From Armatimonadota bacterium (GTDB lineage: Bacteria > Armatimonadota > SYMT01), in assembly GCA_041690135.1 (NCBI GenBank), contig JAWLHY010000001.1:288001-352000 (forward strand): a stretch of DNA of 64,000 nucleotides, written 5' to 3'. The translations under genes and the position numbers were made by a program. This document shows positions 19,390-29,126 of the stretch, piece after piece (positions within the stretch are counted from its first letter, which is position 1; each line of letters opens with the position of its first letter). The notes beneath the pieces were generated by a model. The model was not told where the DNA came from. It ran no database searches and was given only the letters and a program-made list of their open reading frames with translations.

Positions 19390-21135
19390 ATGAGCCTTCG
19401 CCGGGGATTCGCCTCACTGAGCTCTCTCCATGCGTTGAGAGTAAGGCCTCTGTGGCTTCCTGCGCTCTCTGCCTGGACGGGGCTGTGTATCTGTGCGAGT
19501 ATGCTTGCCGGTGCGGCCAGGGCGGCCCCGGCGAAGAAGCTTCCGGTGGAGTTTCAGGCCGCCTCCCTGAGCGCCGTAGTCGAGCACCTGGAGGACCGGC
19601 ATGCGCGGAAGCTGCGACTCTCCAGGGGCTTGAAGTACCAGAAAGTTACTCTGGTCTCGCCCCAGGAGATTGAGCCTGACGTGCTTCTGCCCGGCATCGC
19701 CGCTCTCCTGCAGTCCCGGTGGACAACGGACCGAGAGAGCAGTATCTCGACCCTCGAGCGAGACCCCGCAGTCGAAAAGATGCTGCGGGACCACGTTGAA
19801 GTGGAAGAGGCGCTCCGAACTCGCGCCGTGGCAGAGCAGAAGGCGAGAATGCGGGATGCCTTTGCACACGCACGCAGGAAGATCGAAGAGCCGGAGGAGG
19901 AGTTGGAACCCGGCCACCTGGGCCGAAGAGGTGTCGAACCTCATTCGGAACCTCTACTTCGCTTCATGGAGACGCTTTCACCCGGAGACTGGTCCCGTAT
20001 ACTGAAAAACGTGCAGTTCGTGCGGCGGCAGCAAACGGGGGCAACTTCCATCACGCCCTACGAACCAATTGTGGCATGGCCTTTCTCCAGCCTGTCCGGC
20101 AAGCAACAGGAACTGGTCCGTTCTTATATCCGGAGCATCTCGGACAACCCGGCGGATTACTCCGGAATGGCGATCTTCATCGCGAATCGAAACGGACAAC
20201 ATCTCGTGATGGGTGTCTACGACCGCTACTGGGGCGAGGCCTCGATTCTCAAAACGGCGAGCGGAAAGGCACTGGAAGACCTGGAAGCCCATGTGTTGGC
20301 GCCCATCTTCTCGCCAAAAGGTCCCCGCTTTTCCAAGGACGTGCCTTCAGCACTAAAGTCACGAGCAAATGACCTTATACAAGTCGACTGGCGGGAGGTG
20401 GACTATGCGAGCGCGTGTCAATCCGTATCGCGAACTTTGAAGGTACCGGTCCTTGCCGATTACTACACCCTTCGTTCCTACACGCACCTGTCCCGCAAGG
20501 GGCGGCTGACCGTGAAAGAGCTCTTCGCGCTGCTCCACCGGAAGTTCGGGTGCTGGTTCGCCTGGAAAGATGGTCTGCTATTGATCCGCCGCCCGGATTG
20601 GCCCCTGCTTGACGAACGAGAGATTCCCGAACCGATACTGAAGAACTGTGTCCTTGTCCGGCGGCGGCAGGGGATCAACGTGACCCTGGGCCTTCCATTC
20701 TTGATGCAGTTGGCCTCATGGATTAACGAGCCGCAGATCGCATGTTTGCAGGCGTTTTCGGACCGTACCGACCGTACCGTCGAGTTCTCCATGGAGGCAG
20801 ACTTGCTACGGAAGGAGTTTCCTTTGCTCCGCCTGCTCGCATCATTGAGCGCGGGCCAGAGGGGCAGGTTCTTCACCACGGGGATACCTCTTGCGGAGGC
20901 CTATCGCGCGGACCCACGTTCCTACCTCCAACTGGTGCGAGCCCGCGCTCCATGGCTGCTCAATGGAACTGCGGGAGCGCAGAGCCTGGTGCGCTGTGTA
21001 CCGGCTTCCGCTGGAACGTACTTCGCCGCCATGTATCCGCCAGGCACCACCCCTCTCCGCCTGGAATTCGCGATGAGTGGCTCCCGCCAGCCCAGCCGGT
21101 TTGGGCTGGTCACCTCGCTCTTCCGAATGGATTGA
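19390..21135 (+). CDS. Hypothetical exported protein, paralogue of 38772-40496
   Basis: 581-aa ORF, GAGGTG SD, signal peptide, architecture shared with 38772-40496. Confidence 0.75.
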   Translation: MSLRRGFASLSSLHALRVRPLWLPALSAWTGLCICASMLAGAARAAPAKKLPVEFQAASLSAVVEHLEDRHARKLRLSRGLKYQKVTLVSPQEIEPDVLLPGIAALLQSRWTTDRESSISTLERDPAVEKMLRDHVEVEEALRTRAVAEQKARMRDAFAHARRKIEEPEEELEPGHLGRRGVEPHSEPLLRFMETLSPGDWSRILKNVQFVRRQQTGATSITPYEPIVAWPFSSLSGKQQELVRSYIRSISDNPADYSGMAIFIANRNGQHLVMGVYDRYWGEASILKTASGKALEDLEAHVLAPIFSPKGPRFSKDVPSALKSRANDLIQVDWREVDYASACQSVSRTLKVPVLADYYTLRSYTHLSRKGRLTVKELFALLHRKFGCWFAWKDGLLLIRRPDWPLLDEREIPEPILKNCVLVRRRQGINVTLGLPFLMQLASWINEPQIACLQAFSDRTDRTVEFSMEADLLRKEFPLLRLLASLSAGQRGRFFTTGIPLAEAYRADPRSYLQLVRARAPWLLNGTAGAQSLVRCVPASAGTYFAAMYPPGTTPLRLEFAMSGSRQPSRFGLVTSLFRMD

Positions 21136-21243
21136 AAACCTCCCCGGCGGCGGATCGCGCAGCAACCGTACCCCACCCAGGTTCAAAGGGGCCATCTACC
21201 TCGGGAAACACGCTGAAGCGCAACTGGAAGGAGGCAGGGGAAC

Positions 21244-21525
21244 GAGTCCACAGATGACGCAGATTGAAGAGATGAGACGAACCAGGGTCCACCTCCGCCA
21301 CACCGCACAGCATGAAAACTGTGAACCTCACGAGCGGAGGGCCAGTGAACCGCAAGAGTTCAGGGAGCAATCCGCTTCCCAATCTTTCTAATCTGCGTCA
21401 TCTGTGGACTCCCCAAATCGGGTCCTTTCATTTCCGCGTCATTCAGCGTGTTCTCCCTTGACCCGTATGGACGCGGGCCACTTCCGGTTCGCTATATCTT
21501 TCCAATCTGCGTCATCTGTGGACTC
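21244..21525. repeat. AATCTGCGTCATCTGTGGACTC family: inverted copy 21244-21265, direct copies 21390-21411 and 21504-21525
   Basis: Further copy at 6731-6752; relative at 19085-19103. Confidence 0.85.
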
Positions 21526-21530
21526 TTCCC

Positions 21531-22829
21531 TTACCCGGCGGGGCGGGGTAGGGTATCGGCGTCAGGGGTGGGGGCTTCGGCGGGGCGGGGGAGGGCGGTG
21601 TCGTCCGGCAGGGGCGCCTGGGCGGGGCGGGGGAGCGCCGAGCGGGCTTCGAGCTCGGCAATCGCCTGCGCCAGCATTTCGCGGATGGCGGGGTTCGCCT
21701 GGTGGAGGTGGCGAGCCGTGAGGCGGATCTCCGGCAACGCCTCCAGGCAACTGAACCGGGCGAGCGCCGCCGCTGCGTAGGCGGACCGGGAGGGCTGTGG
21801 GTCATCCAGCGCCGGCATGAAGGCCCGGGAGAACGCTTCGGCTCGCGGGCGGAGCGTTTCCAGGGCGCCGAGATCTCCGTTCAGCACCTGCTGGAACTGG
21901 TCCACGGCAGTCCCCTCTCCCAGCTTGCGCAGAGCCTCCGCTGCCTCTGCCCCAAGGGTTCTGTTCTCAACCCAAACGGGTGATCCCAGCAGCGGAATCA
22001 AGGCAGGGATCGTGCGAGGATCCCCGATCTCACCCAGGGCGTACACCGCCTTGAGACGCAGCACCGGGTCGCGGTCGGAAAGGACCCGCACCAGAGGGGC
22101 GACCGCTTCCGGAACCTTTAGCCGCGCCAGGCGGTCCGCCGCCCGCCACCGGGCCGGATCTCCCTGCCAGAGCAAGAGGTTGTTGGCCGTCACCTGACCT
22201 CCCGGCCCACGCAGAATGTTCATGTGCAGGACGGGGTCGTCTTCATAGGCGGAGTCCATGTGGCAGATGACTTGCAGCACCTCGCCGAACAACTCGAATA
22301 GCGATTTGAGCACTTCCAGGTCCCGGATGACTCCGGTTACTTGAAAGTAGAGCTCATCGACCCCCTGCGGAAATTGGGCGCCGAACCAGCCCTCATCGTC
22401 CTTGATATCCAGGTAGAAAGCCGGTTGGCGTTGGACCAGCTCGCGAACCCGTGGTTGCCCGAGAAGATACCGGGCCTTGCTTTCGTCGTTGGTCTTCACG
22501 ACGAAGTCGGTGTCGAACGGCTCGTGGCCGATCTCCACGTCCTGCATGCCGAAGAGCTTTCCCAGTCCCGTGAAGATCCCGGCGCGATAGACCGTCAACC
22601 GGAGACTGTCGTGGTTGACGAAGGGCGCGCGCATACGGGTATAGGTGACGCTCGATTTTCCGGTGGAGACGGTGTACGTATCGAGGGTGATGATCCAGTC
22701 GCCGGCGCGAGCCTGGACAATCTTGCCGGTCCACCAGCCGGGGTCGATGTAGTCTCCACCGATCTGGCGCGCCAACTCGCTCCAAACTTCGTGCTGACTC
22801 GGTCCAAAGAGGTCTTTGAGAAATCCCAT
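21531..22829 (-). CDS. DUF3137-like N-terminal domain fused to HEAT/PBS-lyase repeats
   Basis: YTRMRAPFVN..QDVEIG..FD..FVVK; RLKAVYALGEIGDPRTIPALI; LPRPA x3 tail. Confidence 0.85.
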   Translation of the reverse strand: MGFLKDLFGPSQHEVWSELARQIGGDYIDPGWWTGKIVQARAGDWIITLDTYTVSTGKSSVTYTRMRAPFVNHDSLRLTVYRAGIFTGLGKLFGMQDVEIGHEPFDTDFVVKTNDESKARYLLGQPRVRELVQRQPAFYLDIKDDEGWFGAQFPQGVDELYFQVTGVIRDLEVLKSLFELFGEVLQVICHMDSAYEDDPVLHMNILRGPGGQVTANNLLLWQGDPARWRAADRLARLKVPEAVAPLVRVLSDRDPVLRLKAVYALGEIGDPRTIPALIPLLGSPVWVENRTLGAEAAEALRKLGEGTAVDQFQQVLNGDLGALETLRPRAEAFSRAFMPALDDPQPSRSAYAAAALARFSCLEALPEIRLTARHLHQANPAIREMLAQAIAELEARSALPRPAQAPLPDDTALPRPAEAPTPDADTLPRPAG

Positions 22830-22910
22830 AGGGAACTAGCATTACAATGAAGAGATACTTCACCGAGCGTGACATCACTCTCTTGCGAGTGGGTTTGCCT
22901 CGAGCGCGGC

Positions 22911-22961
22911 GAGTCCGCGAAGGCGGACTTCGTGCCGTTTCAGCCGCGGTTTTAACCGCCT
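22911..22961. repeat. REP-like AGTCCGCGAAGGCGGACT...CAGCC.CGG.TTT.A element
   Basis: Palindrome; relative at 45638-45722. Confidence 0.6.
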
Positions 22962-22993
22962 AACCTAGAGCCGTCGTAGTAGTAGTACTAGAC

Positions 22994-23167
22994 GTGTCGG
23001 ACGGGAGGATGGTTGCGGCAATCCCAACCCGAACCAGGGACTGGGGAACCGACTTGGGCAACGGGCCTTCCCCAATCTCCAGCTTCGCCCCTGCACCAGT
23101 CTTGCCGAGCGGGAATCCCCTCTTACCGCATTTACGTGCGGGAGTGCCGATCCCTCCGCTGAACAAC
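22994..23167 (+). ncRNA. Candidate 6S-like structured RNA
   Basis: Outer and inner stems with a central bubble, ~175 nt, followed by a terminator. Confidence 0.4.
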
Positions 23168-23172
23168 CCACC

Positions 23173-23209
23173 AAGAAGGGGGTAGGCCAGTCGGGCCTAC
23201 CCCCTTCTT
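23173..23209. terminator. Intrinsic terminator
   Basis: Perfect 16-bp stem aagaagggggtaggcc/ggcctacccccttctt. Confidence 0.85.
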
Positions 23210-23357
23210 ATGACTTACCTCACCCGTTAACCGGGCTCCGATCAATACGCACCGCAGAAATCCCTACCTCACGGCAATATCCACGATGCTCCGTCTTCTT
23301 CCGCGTTATTCCGTGTGTTCCGCGGGCATAAACTGTCCCTCAACCCAGCGGTCTGGT

Positions 23358-24698
23358 TTAGGTGAGGCCGGAAAGGCGGCCGGTGCTGTCGCCCAGCGAG
23401 TGCACCGGCACCTGCATCCGGTCGAGGATGGAGAGGTACAGGTTGTTCAGCGGGGTGTTCTTGGGATACACGATGTGCCGGCCGGGTTTGACCGTCCCGT
23501 TGGCGCCGCCGACCAGGAGGATCGGCAGGTCGTCGTGGTTGTGCCGGTCGCCATCACTCAGACCAGAGCCGTAGAGGAACATGCAGTGGTCGAGCATGGT
23601 GCCGTCCCCTTCACGGATGGAGCGCAGGCGGTTGACGAAGTAGGCGAAGTGCTCCACATGCAGCTTATTGATCGCCTTGATCTTCTGGTGCTTCACCGGG
23701 TCCATCTGGTGGTGCGACAGCTCGTGGTGTCCCTCCGAGATGCCGATCATCTTGTAGTTCCGGTTGCTGCCCTCGTTGGCGAACATGAAGGTCGAGATGC
23801 GGGTGAGGTCCGCCTGGTAGGCCAGCACCAGCATGTCGAGCATCAGCTTCAGGTGTTCTGCGTAGTCCTGTGGGATCCCCGTGGGGCGGGTGGCGCCCTT
23901 CGGGGCATTGGTGCCGGTGCTGCCGGCCAGTTCCAGCCGCTTCTCGATCTCACGAACCCCCGTGAAGTATTCGTCCAGCTTCTGCTGGTCCTTCACGCCG
24001 AGCTGGTTCTTGAGCCGGTTGGCGTCTTCCAGCACGAAGTCCAGAATGCTCTTCTTGTAGCGGTCGCGCTTGGCGCGGGTCTCCGCCATTTCCAGCGGGT
24101 CGCCGTTGCCGAAGAGGCGATCGAAGACGAGGCGCGGATCGACTTCCTTCGCGACCGGCGTGTTCTCCGAGCTCCAGGAGATGTTGGAGGAGTAAGCGCA
24201 GCTATAGCCGGAGTCGCAGTTGCCGGCCTGGGCGCCGCGCTCAATGCCCAGCTCCAGGGACGAGAAGCGCGTGTTCTTGCCGATCTGCTGGGCCGCGTAC
24301 TGGTCCACGGAGATGCCGGCCTTGATATCGGCGCCCGGCGTCTTGCGCGGCTGGCAGCCGGTGAGGAAGGCGGAGGCGGAGCGGGCGTGGTCGCCGGCGC
24401 CATCCCCGTTCGGCCGGGCCTTGTCGCAGGTGAGGCCGGTGAGAACGGTCAGCCGGTCCTTGGCGCTCTCCAGGGGGCTCAGGATCTCGGGCAGTCCGGT
24501 GAGGGCGCCTTCCGCCTGGGGTCGCCAGTCCGCCATGTGGATTCCGTTCGGCACGTAGAAGAAACCCAGGCGAAGCGGGGCCTTCTTGCCGGTCGGGGCC
24601 GCCAGCACGCTGGAAGGAAGCATCGCTTCCAGCAACGGCAGCGCCATCGCGGTGCCAACTCCCTTGATGAACGTTCGACGAGGTAGCTGCGTGCTCAT
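23358..24698 (-). CDS. DUF1552 domain protein
   Basis: RRTFIKG.G..MALPLLEAM, YVPNG, GISVDQ, CDSGYSCAY, HHELSHH, YGSGLSDGDRH. Confidence 0.93.
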   Translation of the reverse strand: MSTQLPRRTFIKGVGTAMALPLLEAMLPSSVLAAPTGKKAPLRLGFFYVPNGIHMADWRPQAEGALTGLPEILSPLESAKDRLTVLTGLTCDKARPNGDGAGDHARSASAFLTGCQPRKTPGADIKAGISVDQYAAQQIGKNTRFSSLELGIERGAQAGNCDSGYSCAYSSNISWSSENTPVAKEVDPRLVFDRLFGNGDPLEMAETRAKRDRYKKSILDFVLEDANRLKNQLGVKDQQKLDEYFTGVREIEKRLELAGSTGTNAPKGATRPTGIPQDYAEHLKLMLDMLVLAYQADLTRISTFMFANEGSNRNYKMIGISEGHHELSHHQMDPVKHQKIKAINKLHVEHFAYFVNRLRSIREGDGTMLDHCMFLYGSGLSDGDRHNHDDLPILLVGGANGTVKPGRHIVYPKNTPLNNLYLSILDRMQVPVHSLGDSTGRLSGLT

Positions 24699-27113
24699 TT
24701 ATTCACCCATATCGCCTTTCCGCAGACGGAAAGGCTCACACTTCACGATTTCGGTAACGATTGCGGAGAACTTCCCGCCCTTTGCATCCGCGCGGCGGGC
24801 CATCACGTCAACGGAGCATTTGTCGTAGTATTCCAGACCTCGCCCCAGGGCGTAGGTCAGCATCTTCTCCGTAAAGTTCTTGAGGATCAAAGCCTTCTGA
24901 CGCTTGAGCGCGGTCTTGAGTTGCGCCGGACCGCTGAACTTCTGGCCGTTCGGAAGCGTCCCCGAGGGATCGATGGGACTTCCCCCGTCGATGGTCCGCC
25001 AGGCGCCGGTCGCGTCGAAGTTCTCAAAGCCGAACCCGATGGTGTCCATCTGGTCGTGGCAGGAGGCGCACACCGGGTTCGCGCGGTGCTGCTCCAGGCG
25101 CTGGCGGAGCGTGCCCGTCAGCTTCTTCCCCTGGCCTTCCTCTTCCAGCGGCGGCACGTTCGGCGGGGCCGGCGGGGGAGGGGTGCCCAGGATCTGTTCC
25201 ATCACCCACTTGCCGCGCTTCACCGGAGAGGTGCGGGTGGGATTGGAAGTAATGAGTAGCACGCTCGCCTGCGTCAGCACGCCGCCGCGCTGGCCGCCCT
25301 GCAGGGTGACCTTTCGGAACTCCTCGCCGGTCACGCCTGGAAGCCCGTAGTGCTTCGCCAGCCGCTCGTTGACAAAGGTGAAGTCGGAGTCGATGAAATC
25401 GAGAACCGGGCGGTCTTCCCGGATGATCGCCTCGAAGAAGAGGCGGGACTCCGTGAGCATGTCCGCGCGGAGCTTCTCGTTGAAGTTGGGGAAGATCTTG
25501 GTGTCCGGGCTGATGTTGGCCAGGTTCCGCAGCGTGAGCCACTGGTCCCCGAAATTCTCAACCAGCCCCTTCGCTTTCGGGTCCTTCAGCATCCGCACTG
25601 CCTGCGCTTCCAACACCTTCGTGTTCTTCAGCTTGCCCTGGGCGGCGAGTTCGAACAGCTCGGCGTCGGGCATGCTGCTCCAGAGGAAGTAGGAAAGCCG
25701 CGAGGCGAGCTCGTAGTCACCCAGGCTGCGGGTGGCGCTCACGTTCGTGGGGTCGGGATCCAACTCCACCCGGAACAGGAAGTTCGGGGAGCAGAGAATC
25801 GCCTGGGTGGCGAGCTGCACGCCTCGCTCGAAGCTGTCGCCCTCCTTCTCCGCCAGCGCCACGATCTTGACCAGCCGGTCGATCTCGGGGGCGGTTACCG
25901 GCCGGCGATAGGCGCGGTAGGCGAGCTGCTCCATGATCTTGCGCGCGCAGACATCCGTGTGCTTCTGGCCCGGTGGGCAGAGCTTGGGGTCGAAAACGCG
26001 CCGGTGTGATTCCGGGAGATTGGCCGTGCCCATCTCGATGGGACCGACGATCTCCAGGAAGTCGACCCCCAGGTTGCGATCCCGCTCGCGTGGATTGGGA
26101 GCCTTGGGCATGTAGAAGTCGTTGGTGAACACCACCGAGAACCGCTGCTTGCCGGGAGAAACGGTGGTGCGGAATTCGTAGACCTGCGGCGCATTCTGCT
26201 CCGCCGTAACGTCCACGACTTTGAGCTCCTGCGTGCCCAGGCGGAAGGAGAGCTTCGCGGCTTCGTCGCCCGCCTTCTGCTGGAAGGCCCGCGCGCGCAG
26301 AATGTATTCGCCCTTCCGCGGGAATTGGTAATCTACGAAGACCGCCCCGTTCGAATGCAGCATGCGACCGAATGAGGCCACCACGCCATCGCCACCGGTG
26401 GTGGGCATGCGCTCCGCTTCAAAACGGCTCACTGGGCCGGCGCGGTCTTCCGGGGCCAGGATCGCCTGGCGGGTGATCTTCTCCGCGGCGGCGACGTACT
26501 TCTCCATCAGGAGGGGGGAAATGGTCAGCACGTCGCCGATGTTGTCGAAGCCGTAGCCGACGTCGTCGGAGGGGAAGTCGTCCGCCGGGCGGAAGTCCAC
26601 CCCCAGCAGGTCCCGCACGGTGTTGTTGTACTCGGCACGGTTCAGGCGACGCATGGTGACGCGGCCGGGGTCTTTCAGGCCGCAGTCCACCTGGGCCATC
26701 TTGGTCTGTACCCAGGTGAGGAGGCGCTCCTTCTCCACGGCGGTTGGCTGCGGCGCGTTCTTCGGAGGCATGCTGCCGGTCTGGATGTGCTGGACCGTCT
26801 TCTCCCAGACGCTGCGGGCCTTGGCGATCGAGCTTTCGTCCTTGTAGGCCTGGAAGTTCAGCCCGGCGATCTGGTTGTTGTTCCCGTGGCAGGCGCCGCA
26901 GTACTTGACCATGAAGGGAGCCACATCTTTGGCGAAGCCGTTCGCGGTCGTCTTCGCCGCGGCGGTCTTCTTGACGACCGGCTTCCGGGCCGCCGCCTTC
27001 CGGGTCGTTACCTTCTTCGCAGGCGCACGGCGCTTCGCCGGTTCGGCCGCATACAACACCAGGGCCGGACCCAGAACCAGGGTCAACGCTCCCGCCGCTA
27101 CACCAATACGCAT
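24699..27113 (-). CDS. DUF1592/DUF1587/DUF1588 (PSD/PSCyt) c-type cytochrome protein
   Basis: CGACH and CASCH haem motifs, RRLNRAEYNNTVRDL, ELASRLSYFLWSSMPD, RTSPVKRG. Confidence 0.93.
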   Translation of the reverse strand: MRIGVAAGALTLVLGPALVLYAAEPAKRRAPAKKVTTRKAAARKPVVKKTAAAKTTANGFAKDVAPFMVKYCGACHGNNNQIAGLNFQAYKDESSIAKARSVWEKTVQHIQTGSMPPKNAPQPTAVEKERLLTWVQTKMAQVDCGLKDPGRVTMRRLNRAEYNNTVRDLLGVDFRPADDFPSDDVGYGFDNIGDVLTISPLLMEKYVAAAEKITRQAILAPEDRAGPVSRFEAERMPTTGGDGVVASFGRMLHSNGAVFVDYQFPRKGEYILRARAFQQKAGDEAAKLSFRLGTQELKVVDVTAEQNAPQVYEFRTTVSPGKQRFSVVFTNDFYMPKAPNPRERDRNLGVDFLEIVGPIEMGTANLPESHRRVFDPKLCPPGQKHTDVCARKIMEQLAYRAYRRPVTAPEIDRLVKIVALAEKEGDSFERGVQLATQAILCSPNFLFRVELDPDPTNVSATRSLGDYELASRLSYFLWSSMPDAELFELAAQGKLKNTKVLEAQAVRMLKDPKAKGLVENFGDQWLTLRNLANISPDTKIFPNFNEKLRADMLTESRLFFEAIIREDRPVLDFIDSDFTFVNERLAKHYGLPGVTGEEFRKVTLQGGQRGGVLTQASVLLITSNPTRTSPVKRGKWVMEQILGTPPPPAPPNVPPLEEEGQGKKLTGTLRQRLEQHRANPVCASCHDQMDTIGFGFENFDATGAWRTIDGGSPIDPSGTLPNGQKFSGPAQLKTALKRQKALILKNFTEKMLTYALGRGLEYYDKCSVDVMARRADAKGGKFSAIVTEIVKCEPFRLRKGDMGE

Positions 27114-27473
27114 TCAGCTCTCTCCCGCCGGTCCGCTTCCACATTGAACGGTAAAACCGGCCCTGACCGCAGGATACCCGCTTCCGAACCGCTCGCCGCG
27201 CACTCGGTATGCGTTCCCCTGCTTATACTACGCCAGAGACGGTCCAACGTTCACTGCTAGATGCAGTCTGCGTCTTGTATGCGCCTTGAGCTTTCCTAGC
27301 GGGAACTGGAGGGAGGGGGCCGGGGCGACCCGGCAGCGTGCCAGGCGTGCCCAGAAGAAGGCAATCGCGTGGGGCTGAACTTGCGGCGCGCCTCAAGTGA
27401 ACCCCTCCGGATGCCAGTATTCAGCCGGAGGGATGGAGGGTCATGGGTACGGGCGACGGAGGATGCAGCGTTG

Positions 27474-27839
27474 ATGCCTGGGAGTCAGCGGCAGGAACAG
27501 GAAGGGCACAGGGTAGCCTGCCGGCACTGTGGGTTTCCTATTGAGAGGCGCTCGGACCTCTACATCGTGGGGCGCTGTCTTGTTCCGGTACACGGAGATT
27601 GCCGAAAGGACTACAACGCCTCTCTCCCGTGGCACCAGCAGTCGTGGCCGATGAACCGTTGGTCATCGCTGCTGAAGTTCAACGCACTTCTATTACTCGG
27701 GGTGCTTTTTACGCGACTGGCCCGCCCCGATCTGCCGGCCGGGGATAGTGTGCCATTCGTTCTTATCCCCAATCTGTGGCTGCTGGTGGGTCGAGCCGTC
27801 TGCTACTTCTCTATCGAACGGCATGTGCCTAAGGAGTAG
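27474..27839 (+). CDS. Small membrane protein with CxxC..HxxC motif
   Basis: CRHC, HGDC, two hydrophobic segments, GGAGGA SD. Confidence 0.55.
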   Translation: MPGSQRQEQEGHRVACRHCGFPIERRSDLYIVGRCLVPVHGDCRKDYNASLPWHQQSWPMNRWSSLLKFNALLLLGVLFTRLARPDLPAGDSVPFVLIPNLWLLVGRAVCYFSIERHVPKE

Positions 27840-27847
27840 GCGGACTC

Positions 27848-28897
27848 TCAACCCTGCACCGTGGTCCGCCAGACGGCGGGACGGCCGGCACGGGACCACA
27901 TCACGCGCGAGTTCGGCAAGAACTCCTCGGGAGGGGAGAGTTCCGTAGCCTTAGGAGCCGCTTTCTCGGCGTTGAACTCAGCGGAGCGGGTGATGATGAC
28001 CCGGCCAAGCGCCAGATCGCGGCGGAACTGGAGGCCCATGCCCGCGCTGCGCATCAGGTTGGCCATGGCGACACCCGTGAGGATACAGAGGGCGAGGGTC
28101 GTGCCGGGTGGATGTCCGGGCGCGGGGGTTCCGTGGATCGACGCATAGCCCAGTACGCCCCCCAACCAGAGGAGCAGCCCGAGTGCGACCAGGGTGGGTT
28201 TCAGCATCAGATGGCGCGCCAGGCCTTCCAACTCGCCCCGTTCAGCGGTCGAGAGCTCGCGCTGGCCCACGTGGATCTGCTGCGAGTCCTCCAGGGAGAG
28301 GCGGTCCAGCCACTCCGCCGCCACGGCCGCGAAGGGCGGCACATCCGCCACCCGGCGAATCTGAGTCTGGATCCAGCCGCGTGGACGCCCGCCGTTGACC
28401 CGCCAGACGAGATTTGAGCCGGGCAATACCTCCAGGCGTTCGGCGGAGGTATCCGTATCTCCATGGGCGCTTTGCCGCAGCAAACCGGAGCGCCGCAACC
28501 GGCGCAAGGTGCGGTCGAAAAGCTGGCGCGGGTCGACTTCCCCCTCAAAGAGCTCCGCCCGCCCCTGCCGGGCATCCCGGGCCAGTTGGCGGGCCCAGCC
28601 CACCCAACGGTGCATCGCATAGCCGAGCAGTGCGCTCACGGTGAGAAGCGCCAGCACCCCCAGGGCGGTGAGCGGGCTGACGGGCGCGTCGATCGCGCCG
28701 GCCAGGGCGACGGTGAGCAGCAGTAAGAGGATCAGGAAGGGTAAGACCAGGGCGGCGCCGCAGCCCAGGGCGGCGAAAGAGATCGCAGCGTTCCGGATCT
28801 CCATGCGCTCGTCGGGGGATAACTCACGCTCCCCGACCAGGCGCATCCCCGCCACCCAGAGGGTGGTTCCTTCGGTTTCCTTCCGTAGCTCACTCAT
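27848..28897 (-). CDS. Hypothetical membrane protein with internal duplication
   Basis: Two copies of a RELS..ER / 2 TM / LP.S..W..GRP module. Confidence 0.8.
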   Translation of the reverse strand: MSELRKETEGTTLWVAGMRLVGERELSPDERMEIRNAAISFAALGCGAALVLPFLILLLLLTVALAGAIDAPVSPLTALGVLALLTVSALLGYAMHRWVGWARQLARDARQGRAELFEGEVDPRQLFDRTLRRLRRSGLLRQSAHGDTDTSAERLEVLPGSNLVWRVNGGRPRGWIQTQIRRVADVPPFAAVAAEWLDRLSLEDSQQIHVGQRELSTAERGELEGLARHLMLKPTLVALGLLLWLGGVLGYASIHGTPAPGHPPGTTLALCILTGVAMANLMRSAGMGLQFRRDLALGRVIITRSAEFNAEKAAPKATELSPPEEFLPNSRVMWSRAGRPAVWRTTVQG

Positions 28898-29126
28898 GGT
28901 TCTAACACCATGTTAGCGTGTATCGAGGGATTCTGCCGTCGGAGCCTGCCACTTTAGGTTCCCCTCTGCCCTGTTGCCCGGCAGCAAGCCTGGTGTAGCG
29001 CCCCGTCCACGTAGGGTGGAGACTCCGTGCCCGCCAGGTCCTGGTGCCGCGCCCGTCCTGACGGCCGGTACCCGTACTCGGAGCCCGTACCGCCTCCACT
29101 CCCGGCCTGGGAAATCCACCCGCCCC

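Noticed and set aside
22994-23185. 63-aa Pro-rich ORF
   Set aside because: SD abuts the ATG, no recognisable features; base-pairing explains the region better.
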